Source: Planctomycetota bacterium
GTDB lineage: Bacteria; Planctomycetota; SZUA-567; H5-PLA8
Assembly (NCBI GenBank): GCA_045863855.1
Contig: BTVV01000019.1
Span: forward strand, 11,325 to 75,324
Reading direction: 5' to 3'
DNA length: 64,000 bases
Shown: one piece after another, positions 27,718-36,088 of the stretch
How the letters are laid out: each line of letters opens with the position of its first letter
How positions within the stretch are numbered: the stretch's first letter is position 1
Program-made: the position numbers and the translations under genes
Notes under the pieces: model-generated
Database searches by the model: none
What the model was told of the DNA's origin: nothing
What the model saw: only the letters and a program-made list of their open reading frames with translations

Positions 27718-28518
27718 ATGGCTTTCTTTGCGCGTATCGGACGTTTGTTCAAGGGCTTTCTGGGCCTCTTCGTCAGCGGCCTGGAAGAAGCCAACCCCGA
27801 AGCCTTGATGGAGGCTGCGCGGCAGGAATTCCGCGACAAGATGGCGCAATACAACATGGCGCTGGCGCGGATGGCCGGCATCGCCGAACGTCTCAAGACC
27901 CAAATCAAGACCAAAAGCACGAAGCTGAAGGATCTGGAGCGGCGGGTGCTGGCCAACCACCGTGCAGGGAACCTGCAACTCGCCGGTTCGTTGGCACGCG
28001 AGCTTCAAGAAACCCGCGCCGACCTCGAAAACGATACGGCCGAATTGAAGGATACCGAAGAGGCCTATACGGCCAATCTGCGCCAGGCGAAGGTCGTCCA
28101 GAAAGAGTTCGAAGAAAAGGTCCGCCGCCTGGAGAAGCAGCTCTCGCAGGTGAAGATCAAGGAAGCGCAAGCCGAAGCGGCCGCGGCGCTGGGCAGCGTA
28201 TCGTTCGAAATCGGCGACATGGGCGACACGATGAAGACGGTGGAGGAGGTTCTGAACAAGCGCTACGAAGTATCGGCGGGCAAAGCGCGAGTAGCCAAGG
28301 ACATCGTGGACATGGAAAAACTGAACGCCAAGGAAAGCGAAGAGAAGGCGCTGGAGTCCGCGGCGCTGGCGGAATTCCTGGCCGAGCAAGGTATCCAGGC
28401 TCCGGGTTTGCCCGATGCGGCGCAGAAGGAGATGGGACCCGGCGCCACCGAAGCCGCTCCGGGCGTGAAAGAAATGGGACCGGCGAGTCAGTCGGAAAGC
28501 CCCCAAGCCGGTTCTTAG
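27718..28518 (+). CDS. pspA: PspA/IM30 (Vipp1/ESCRT-III superfamily) protein
   Basis: Amphipathic N-terminus MAFFARIGRLFKG, EEANPEALME, long coiled coil, AGNLQLAGSLA, low-complexity C-terminal tail; AAGGA RBS. The symbol denotes family, not proven orthology. Confidence 0.88.
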   Translation: MAFFARIGRLFKGFLGLFVSGLEEANPEALMEAARQEFRDKMAQYNMALARMAGIAERLKTQIKTKSTKLKDLERRVLANHRAGNLQLAGSLARELQETRADLENDTAELKDTEEAYTANLRQAKVVQKEFEEKVRRLEKQLSQVKIKEAQAEAAAALGSVSFEIGDMGDTMKTVEEVLNKRYEVSAGKARVAKDIVDMEKLNAKESEEKALESAALAEFLAEQGIQAPGLPDAAQKEMGPGATEAAPGVKEMGPASQSESPQAGS

Positions 28519-28591
28519 CCCGTGCGCAAGACGGCTGTACTCAATGCATCTGCGATTTCGAATCGTCAAAACGTAAACGCGAGGAACCATC

Positions 28592-30355
28592 ATGTCGGAT
28601 GAAGCCGGAAGTTCTCTGACGCCGTTGGGCAAGCTGATCTCGATCGTCCTGATCCTCGGTTTGGTGGGTCTGGGCGTCTATATCGTGATGGGCAAGGGCG
28701 AAACCCCTAAGCCCTCCGGCTCCGGACCGGTCTCGAAGAAAACCGGAGATGGGCCGGCGCCCGACGGGCCCGAGATTCCTCCGCCGCCCGGCGAGAGCTT
28801 GGAAGCGCCCGACCTGACGGGCATCACGACGGTAAAGGAGTACAAATACGTCCCGGCCGACAAACTGCCGCCGGTGAAGGGCGCGGCGGCGTACAAGTGG
28901 GATGAAAAGAACAAGACCTTCGTCTTCAGCTACAACGTCTGGGCTGGCTGGCTTCCGGTCATCGCCGCCAACCACGGCACCGAGCCGAACGAAGAAAGCG
29001 TCTTCTTCAAGAAGTACGGTTTCAATGTACAGATGAAGCTGATGGACGATCCGGTCGCGGCGCGCGATGCGTTCGCGGCGGGCGAAGTACATAGTATGTG
29101 GGGCACCGTGGACATGCTGGTGCTCTTCGCGGGCGAACTGCTGCGCGACAGCCGGACGAGTCCGCGCATCGTACAGCAGGTGGACTGGTCCAGCGGCGGC
29201 GATGGGATCGTGGTCAGGACGAAGTCCATCAAGAGTGTAAAGGACCTGGCCGGCAAGACGGTGACGCTGGCCCAGAATGCGCCGAGCGAATACTACCTTA
29301 CCTCGCTCCTGCTGAGCGCCGGGATGAAGCCGGCAGACATCAAGCCCAAGTACACCGCTACGGCTTTCGAGGCCGCGGCGGCGTTCGTGAGCGATCCCAG
29401 CGTGCACGCTTGCGTGACGTGGGCGCCGGACATCTACAACATTCCCGAACGCGTGGCGGGAACCAAGATCCTCAGCAGCACCGCCGACGCGAACAAGCTG
29501 ATCGCCGACGTCTACGCGGTGCGCGCGGACTTCGTGCGCGACCACCCGGAGATCGTCGAGGGCCTCGTGGCGGGGATCTTCGAAGGCATGGACATGGTCA
29601 AGGCCGATCCCGCGCCGGCGTGCGCATGGATGGCCGCGGCGTTCCAGATGACGCCGCAGGAAGTGGACGGCATGCGCGGCGACTTCCACACCACCAACTT
29701 CGCCGAAAACGTGCAGTTCTTCCTGAACCAGTCGAACCCGACCAACTTCGAGCGTACCTGGAGCAACGCGGGCTACGTGTACCGCAAGCTGGGCCGCATG
29801 GATGCGCCGGTGAACTTCGACCAGGTGATGGACTTCGGCTTCGTGAAGAAGCTGCAGGAAAAAGGCACGTTCAAGCACCACCAGGACGAGAACGTCGCGA
29901 GCTTCACGCCCGGCGCGGTTAAGCAGATCGCCGAGGCTCCCATTCTGACCCAGACGATCCGGATCAACTTTTTCCCGAACAGCGCCAACCCGTACGAGGG
30001 CGCGCGCGATCAGTTCGGCAATCTGGTGGCCGGAAAGCTGTACGACCCGAACGTCGACGCGACGCTGGAGCAGTGCGCGCGGCTCTCGGGCCAGTTCGAC
30101 CGCGCCGTGGTCCTGATCGAAGGTCACACCGATTCGAGCATGCGCGGCAAAGTTCCCGAGGACGCGGTGAAGCGCCTCAGTCTCGACCGCGCCAACTCGA
30201 TCAAGCAGGCGTTGATCGAGAAGTTCAAGTTCGACCCGAACAAGTTTATCGTGAAGGGCATCGGCTGGGAAAAAGCCTTCGATCCGAACCAGCCGGACAA
30301 CCACACGCTCAACCGCCGCGTGGAGATCAGCATCTTCCCGCCGGAACAGCAATAG
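28592..30355 (+). CDS. ABC substrate-binding protein (NMT1/SsuA-like) fused to C-terminal OmpA-like domain
   Basis: N-terminal TM anchor and Pro linker; WAGWLP, DWSSGGDGIV, ACVTWAP; C-terminal INFFPNS, IEGHTDS, LSLDRANSIK, NRRVEI. Confidence 0.9.
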   Translation: MSDEAGSSLTPLGKLISIVLILGLVGLGVYIVMGKGETPKPSGSGPVSKKTGDGPAPDGPEIPPPPGESLEAPDLTGITTVKEYKYVPADKLPPVKGAAAYKWDEKNKTFVFSYNVWAGWLPVIAANHGTEPNEESVFFKKYGFNVQMKLMDDPVAARDAFAAGEVHSMWGTVDMLVLFAGELLRDSRTSPRIVQQVDWSSGGDGIVVRTKSIKSVKDLAGKTVTLAQNAPSEYYLTSLLLSAGMKPADIKPKYTATAFEAAAAFVSDPSVHACVTWAPDIYNIPERVAGTKILSSTADANKLIADVYAVRADFVRDHPEIVEGLVAGIFEGMDMVKADPAPACAWMAAAFQMTPQEVDGMRGDFHTTNFAENVQFFLNQSNPTNFERTWSNAGYVYRKLGRMDAPVNFDQVMDFGFVKKLQEKGTFKHHQDENVASFTPGAVKQIAEAPILTQTIRINFFPNSANPYEGARDQFGNLVAGKLYDPNVDATLEQCARLSGQFDRAVVLIEGHTDSSMRGKVPEDAVKRLSLDRANSIKQALIEKFKFDPNKFIVKGIGWEKAFDPNQPDNHTLNRRVEISIFPPEQQ

Positions 30356-30381
30356 TCCGCATTCGGTCCGTCCGAGCACCG

Positions 30382-30420
30382 GAGGCCGGGGCGCGTAGCG
30401 CGTCCCGGCCTCTTCCTTTA
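30382..30420 (+). terminator. Probable intrinsic terminator closing the pspA-SBP/OmpA unit
   Basis: GAGGCCGGG-GCGCG-TAG-CGCGT-CCCGGCCTC hairpin followed by TTCCTTTA. Confidence 0.55.
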
Positions 30421-30484
30421 TATGCGCCATCAGGCCGGACTTTCCGGTATACTGGCTGCGTACGTTCGAGGACGGACCCGCCGC

Positions 30485-33187
30485 ATGAGCCACGCCCCCG
30501 CCCCATCGCCGTCGCTGCGCCCAAGCTGGCAGGGCTACGCCGTCGCTTCGCCTTTGCCCGCGGCGGAAGCCGCGCCCGAGCCGGAAGGCCCGCAGGGCGA
30601 ATACAACCTCCAGGCGCCCGAAGCGCCGCTCTCGGTGCCGCTCCTGCCGGAGCAGGCGCCTGCCCGTCCCGCGGAGTTGCTCGCGCCGGCTGGCGGTTTC
30701 GACGCGGCGTGCGCCGCCTTCTATTACGGGGCCGACGCGATTTACCTGGGGCTTCAGAAGTTTTCGGCGCGCGCCGAAGCGCAAAATTTCACGCTCGAAG
30801 AACTGGACGTCATCACCGCCTTCGCGCACAGCCTGACCCCGCGGCGGCGCGTCTTCGTGACGCTGAACACGCTGATCCTGCAGCACGAACTCCGTGAACT
30901 GGTGGATACCGTCGCGGCGCTGGAAGACATCGGCGTCGATGCGGTGATTCTGCAGGATCTCGGCGTGTACGGCCTGCTGCGCAAACATTTCCCTGCGATC
31001 GAACTCCACGGCAGCACGCAGATGGCGGTGCATAACCGCGCGGGCGCCGAAGCGCTGCGCGCTATGGGCTTCGCGCGCGTGGTCCTGGCGCGCGAGTTGA
31101 CCTTCGAGGAAGTGAACGAGATCACGGCCACCTCTGGAGTGGAGACCGAAGTTTTTGTCCACGGAGCGTTGTGCTACAGCTACAGCGGGCTGTGCCTGTT
31201 CAGCTCGCAGCAAGTGGGCCGCAGCGGCAACCGCGGCAAGTGCGCGTACACGTGCCGCGACAGCTACACCGTCGAAGGCGCGCCCGAGACCCTGCGCGAC
31301 GGAGCGCCGACGAAGCGCGATCCGGGCAACGGATTCCCGTTCAGCATGAAGGATCTGGCGTTGCCCGACCATCTGCCCGCGTTGCGGGCCGCAGGCGTGA
31401 GCTGCTTCAAGATCGAAGGGCGCAAGAAAAGCCCGCTCTACGTCGCCACCACCACCGACTATTACCGCGGCCTGCTGGACGGTTCGATCGCGCCCGAAGA
31501 TCGCGCAGCACGCGAAGCCGATCTCCAGACGGTTTTCAGCCGCCCGTGGACGCGCCTGTTCGTGCAGTCGCACCGCGACAAGGAAGTAGCCGACCGCGAT
31601 ACCGTGGGGCATCGCGGGACGCCGGTGGGCGAAGTCGATCGGGTGGTGAACGACCGCCACGGACAGCCGTGGCTGCGCTTTCGCTCCGATCGCGCACTCG
31701 AGCGGCACGACGGATTGCAGATCGATCTGCCGACGCTCGGCCGGCCGTTCGGCTTTGCCGTCGAAGAACTCCGCGTCATGGACGGCCGCGACAACTCCGA
31801 GCGCGCGTACGAAGCCCCGGCCGGAAGCCGCGTAGAGGTCAAGCTGCCCGAAGACCATCCGCCGCTTCCGCAAGGCGCGGCCGTCTACTGCTCCAGTTCG
31901 CAGGACGTGAAGCGCCGTTTTGCTTTCGACCGGCCCAATCCAAGCAAGTTCCGCTCCCGGCGCGACGTTAGCGTCGAGCTGACCCTGAATCGCGATGCAC
32001 TGGCGGTGATGCTGCGAGTGCCGGCGCGGCACGAACGCGAGGAAGCCATCGAAGTCCGCGAGACGTTGCCCGGCCCGTTTGAGGCGGCGCGCGATGCGGC
32101 GGGCACCGAAAAAGCGGTGCGGCAGGCTTTCGAAAAGCTGGGCGAGACGCGCTTCGAGCTGGCGGCGTTGGATCTGCGCAATCCGGACGGGCTCTTCGTA
32201 CCCGCATCGAAACTCAATGCGCTGCGCCGCGATCTCTGCGCGCGCGCCGAAGCGGAACTCCAAGCGCGCGGCAAGCGGCGCCTGGATACGCTGTGGGCCG
32301 AAACCGAGCCGCGCGCCAAAAAATCCTCGGGCGAGCGTTCCGCGTTCGTTTGGGCGCTGAAGACCGATCGCATCGGAGCGCTGGAAGCGCTGGAGGACGC
32401 GGACTTCGAAGGCCTCGACGAGATGGTGGTGGACATCGCCCGCGACGGACTGGCGGCGCTGGAGCCCCAACTGGAGGCGCTGTCCGCGCGCTTGGGCCGC
32501 GAACGCATCCGTCTGGCGCTGCCTGCCCTGACGCGAAAGTGGGAAGAACGGCAACTCGTACACAAGATCGAGAAGCTCCGCGCCGCCGGTTGGACGAAGT
32601 GGGAACTTGCCAACGTCTCGGGCTGGACGTTCCTGGGCGTGCCCCCGGAAGCCGCAGCCGTCCGCGCGGCGGGCTTGGATCTGGCCGCGGACTGGTCGCT
32701 GTACGCGATCAACCGGCTGGCCGTTCAGCAACTGGCCGAGATGGGCGCCGCGCGCTTTGTCTGTTCGCCCGAGGACGGCTTGGAGAATCTGCGCTCGCTG
32801 CTGGGCGAATTCGCCGGGCAGGCCACCGTGATCGTGCATCAGGACACGCCGCTCTTTTTGGCGGAGAGCTGCGCATACGCCAATTTAATCGGCGGCTGCC
32901 CGGGCAAAGCCAATTGCCGCTTCGAGCAGATGGCGCTCACGAGCAGCTTTGGCGAACGCTTCCTGGCGCTGGATTACCACTGCCGGACCATCGTGCTCAG
33001 CGAAGGCGCCTACTGTCTCTCGCCGCGATTGAAGGATCTGGCCGCCGCCGGCGCACGGAACCTGCGCGCGGAATTCGTATACCGCGCTTACGAGCCCGGC
33101 GAGTTGCGCGAGCGTTGGCGCCAGATCCGCGCCGGCAGGAATGTGCCTCAAGGCCACTGCGCCAACTTCGACCGCGGATTACTGTAG
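30485..33187 (+). CDS. Peptidase U32 family protein with DUF3656 (RlhA-like RNA hydroxylation factor)
   Basis: ELLAPAG, GADAIYLG, HGSTQ, LARELT, HGALCYSYSGLC..RSGNRGKCAYTCR, KIEGRKK. Confidence 0.88.
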   Translation: MSHAPAPSPSLRPSWQGYAVASPLPAAEAAPEPEGPQGEYNLQAPEAPLSVPLLPEQAPARPAELLAPAGGFDAACAAFYYGADAIYLGLQKFSARAEAQNFTLEELDVITAFAHSLTPRRRVFVTLNTLILQHELRELVDTVAALEDIGVDAVILQDLGVYGLLRKHFPAIELHGSTQMAVHNRAGAEALRAMGFARVVLARELTFEEVNEITATSGVETEVFVHGALCYSYSGLCLFSSQQVGRSGNRGKCAYTCRDSYTVEGAPETLRDGAPTKRDPGNGFPFSMKDLALPDHLPALRAAGVSCFKIEGRKKSPLYVATTTDYYRGLLDGSIAPEDRAAREADLQTVFSRPWTRLFVQSHRDKEVADRDTVGHRGTPVGEVDRVVNDRHGQPWLRFRSDRALERHDGLQIDLPTLGRPFGFAVEELRVMDGRDNSERAYEAPAGSRVEVKLPEDHPPLPQGAAVYCSSSQDVKRRFAFDRPNPSKFRSRRDVSVELTLNRDALAVMLRVPARHEREEAIEVRETLPGPFEAARDAAGTEKAVRQAFEKLGETRFELAALDLRNPDGLFVPASKLNALRRDLCARAEAELQARGKRRLDTLWAETEPRAKKSSGERSAFVWALKTDRIGALEALEDADFEGLDEMVVDIARDGLAALEPQLEALSARLGRERIRLALPALTRKWEERQLVHKIEKLRAAGWTKWELANVSGWTFLGVPPEAAAVRAAGLDLAADWSLYAINRLAVQQLAEMGAARFVCSPEDGLENLRSLLGEFAGQATVIVHQDTPLFLAESCAYANLIGGCPGKANCRFEQMALTSSFGERFLALDYHCRTIVLSEGAYCLSPRLKDLAAAGARNLRAEFVYRAYEPGELRERWRQIRAGRNVPQGHCANFDRGLL

Positions 33188-33207
33188 TCGCCTTTGCTTC
33201 CCCGGGC

Positions 33208-34776
33208 TTACGCGAACGCCGCTTTCCGGAAACGCTCGAACGCAGTCATGCAGTCTTCCACCTTTACCGGAGCGGAAACCGCCGAAGACGCCGCCTTCTT
33301 GAGTGCGGCTTTATGCGCCGAGAAAATTTTAGCCAGAGGCTCATCCATGGCTTCGAACTGTACCTGCGGGTTGGGCATGTAGAGCCCGGTGGGCCCCCGT
33401 TTCTTGATCAAGCGCTCCAGATCGTCCGCGAGTCCGGTCAGGATCCAGGTTCGATCCTCCAGTTCGCTGAGGAAGATCAGATGAAAGACCCCTTCCCCCG
33501 CCCAGATCACGGCAAAGGCGTTGGAAAGTCCGGTGTAAAAGCGGACGCACGACTCCACCGTGAGCGCTCCGCGGCGTTCTTCCCAGCACCGGTCGCCTTG
33601 TGCCTGCAGCCCCATTTTGTCGAACTTCTTGTCCAGGCGCTTCAGCGCCGCGGGCAGCGGGAGTTCCTCGAGGTCCGCCACTTCCGGCAGGACCTCGGAA
33701 AGCACCATGCCCAAAAATCCCGCATCGTAATAGGTCTTCTTCTCGAGTTGTGCCGGCGCTAACTCCGGTCCCAAGCGTTCCTGCGGCCGAACGTCCAGCA
33801 CCTCGACCACCGCCGGCAGCCACAGGTGGTGGTGTTCGTCTTCGACCCGCTTTTTGGTGGCGTCCCGTCGCCCAAAGAACGCTTCGGCGCCGTCCCATTC
33901 GCTCATTTTTGTAAGCGCCGCATAGCCGTACTCGTCCAACTCCATGCCGGCGGGAGGCGGCAGGCGGCGCGCATCGTCCCAGGAGGCGGCAAACGAACTG
34001 ACGAGCGTGAGGCCCGCCGCCGGAACATGGGTCCGAACGTAACCGCCGGGCTTAAGGCCCAGTTTCTCGAGTGCGGGCGCATCCAAGTTCAAGATATAGG
34101 TATCCCAATAATCGTCGAACCAAGCGAGCGCTTCGGCGCGGCGGCCCTCGATCTTGTAGCGCCCCACCCAGCTGGTGTCGCGCCGATGCTGGAACGGCAA
34201 CAACTCCGCGGCGGCATCTTTGGGGCTTCCGCCCGGTGTCAGGACAACGACTTCCTGCGGCCCTTCCCACGTCAGGCCTTCCCGGTCAAGCGCTTCGTGG
34301 TCGATGCGGTAGAGCGTGAGGCGGTAATCGCCGGGCGGCACCAGGACGCGCCCGCCTTCGGCGGCGTGCTCTTTCCGGTACTCCGGACCCACGCGGCTGG
34401 CGTCGTTGGATTCGATGCAAAGCGCACCGGACGGAAGGCGCAGAAACGCGGTCTGCGGCTCGAGCCAGCGCGCGGCGGAGAGCTCCTTTTCCGAAAACGG
34501 CTTGCCGACGAAAACGGCCAGATGGACCTCGTCGTCCTGATACAGGCTGTATCCGACGATCTGACCTTGCTGAGTCTTTGCTTCGAAACCCGGGGGCATG
34601 CCGCCAAAGCCCTGGTCGGAGCCCTTCGCGCCGCGAATCGACGCAAGGTTGGCGTCGTCGTAGAGCCAAACCTCCAGCCCGGAATTGGTGACTTGCACCG
34701 TAGTGCCGCCTTTGCGCACGGCAGCCAAGCTTGCGGTCTTGCGTGCGGTTGGCTTCTTTTTTCCCGATTTGGCCAT
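33208..34776 (-). CDS. Hypothetical protein
   Basis: 522-aa ORF with protein-like composition filling the gap between convergent and divergent neighbours; AAGGAAG RBS. Confidence 0.75.
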   Translation of the reverse strand: MAKSGKKKPTARKTASLAAVRKGGTTVQVTNSGLEVWLYDDANLASIRGAKGSDQGFGGMPPGFEAKTQQGQIVGYSLYQDDEVHLAVFVGKPFSEKELSAARWLEPQTAFLRLPSGALCIESNDASRVGPEYRKEHAAEGGRVLVPPGDYRLTLYRIDHEALDREGLTWEGPQEVVVLTPGGSPKDAAAELLPFQHRRDTSWVGRYKIEGRRAEALAWFDDYWDTYILNLDAPALEKLGLKPGGYVRTHVPAAGLTLVSSFAASWDDARRLPPPAGMELDEYGYAALTKMSEWDGAEAFFGRRDATKKRVEDEHHHLWLPAVVEVLDVRPQERLGPELAPAQLEKKTYYDAGFLGMVLSEVLPEVADLEELPLPAALKRLDKKFDKMGLQAQGDRCWEERRGALTVESCVRFYTGLSNAFAVIWAGEGVFHLIFLSELEDRTWILTGLADDLERLIKKRGPTGLYMPNPQVQFEAMDEPLAKIFSAHKAALKKAASSAVSAPVKVEDCMTAFERFRKAAFA

Positions 34777-34949
34777 GCAGAAACTTCCTTTCGCGGATGG
34801 AAATCAATTCCGAGTATGCTGGAGGCGTTCCGAATTTCCAGCGGCTGCCAGGCCCATGGCGCTCGCCCATTCCGCTAAAGTTTTCCGTTTTCTTGGTCCA
34901 AACCGGCCTCTCATCAGGGTATTAAGTATTAGCAATATTGGAGATGGAT

Positions 34950-36062
34950 ATGCCTCCGGTTTCGCGCCTCGACCCCGCACCCCAGAAGCCCAAGCGCATC
35001 ACCATGACCCAGATCGCAAAGGAAGCCGGGGTTTCGCAGCCTACGGTTAGTCTCGTGCTATCTGGGCGTTCGGCGGAGTTTCGCATCCAGTCCGAGACCG
35101 CGCAGCGGGTCTGGGCGACGGCACAACGATTGGGCTACCGGCCGCGCGCGCGGCGCAAGCGGCTCCACCGCGGCGCATCGCCTTCCACCGTGCGCGGTCC
35201 GATGGTCACCGCGCGTCCGGCCGTCTTCGGCACCCTCTTCATCGAATACAAGAGTCTGGCCGGCGACATCATGTACAGCCCGGCGCTCATGGGTCTAAGC
35301 CGCGCGGCGACCAGCATCGTGGAAATCAAGCAATTCGGAGGCATCGGCATCGACGGCTTGCCGGACTTTGTGCGCAATAACCAGGAAGTCCGCAGTTGCG
35401 GGGGCTTGGTGGTGATCACGCACCGCGACCACTCCGCCGAAAAGCTCGCGCCACTCGACGAACTGGGTATCCCGTGGGTGCTGGTGAATCGCGATCCCAA
35501 CGGTTTGCGCGCGCCGCGCGTGCTGATGGACACCTACGGCATGGCGTACGGCCTGATGGAAGATCTCCTGCGCCGCGGGCACCGGCGCATCGCGGTGCTC
35601 GGCACGAACCGCTCGATTCCCAGCGCGACCGGACAGCGCCAGGGCTACCGCGAAGCGCTCACCGCCGCCGGATGCTACGATCCGGCCCTCGAGTACCTGG
35701 ACCTCAACGATGCCGGCGATGCGAGCAGCCGCGATCTGATGCAGCGCGTGCTGCGCGAGCACCCGGACGTGACGGCCGTTTATGTGTTCTTCGATCAAGG
35801 CGCGGCGGGCCTGTATGCCGGCGCGCGCGCGGCGGGGCGCCGCATTCCCGAAGACCTGTCCATTGTGGCCAACGGCGGGCAGGCGGCGGCGCAGCGCGTC
35901 GATCCGCCGCTCACCACCATGCGTTACCCGTTGCTGGAGATGGGCGAGGCCGCCTTCCGCATCCTCGACCGCATGTGGCGCGGCGAGCCGGTTCCCGAGC
36001 GCACTTTCTTGCCGGGCGAACTCTGGTCGGGCGGCAGCGTGGGGAATGCGCCCGTCCCATAA
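34950..36062 (+). CDS. LacI family transcriptional regulator
   Basis: TMTQIAKEAGVSQPTVSLVLSG, LGYRP, RIPEDLSIV, PPLTT. Confidence 0.92.
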   Translation: MPPVSRLDPAPQKPKRITMTQIAKEAGVSQPTVSLVLSGRSAEFRIQSETAQRVWATAQRLGYRPRARRKRLHRGASPSTVRGPMVTARPAVFGTLFIEYKSLAGDIMYSPALMGLSRAATSIVEIKQFGGIGIDGLPDFVRNNQEVRSCGGLVVITHRDHSAEKLAPLDELGIPWVLVNRDPNGLRAPRVLMDTYGMAYGLMEDLLRRGHRRIAVLGTNRSIPSATGQRQGYREALTAAGCYDPALEYLDLNDAGDASSRDLMQRVLREHPDVTAVYVFFDQGAAGLYAGARAAGRRIPEDLSIVANGGQAAAQRVDPPLTTMRYPLLEMGEAAFRILDRMWRGEPVPERTFLPGELWSGGSVGNAPVP

Positions 36063-36088
36063 CGGTCCCTAGCCTTGGGCGCGCGTAC

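Noticed and set aside
28541..32839. 1432-aa minus-strand ORF
   Set aside because: Antisense shadow of the SBP-OmpA and U32 genes; no motifs; expected in high-GC DNA.
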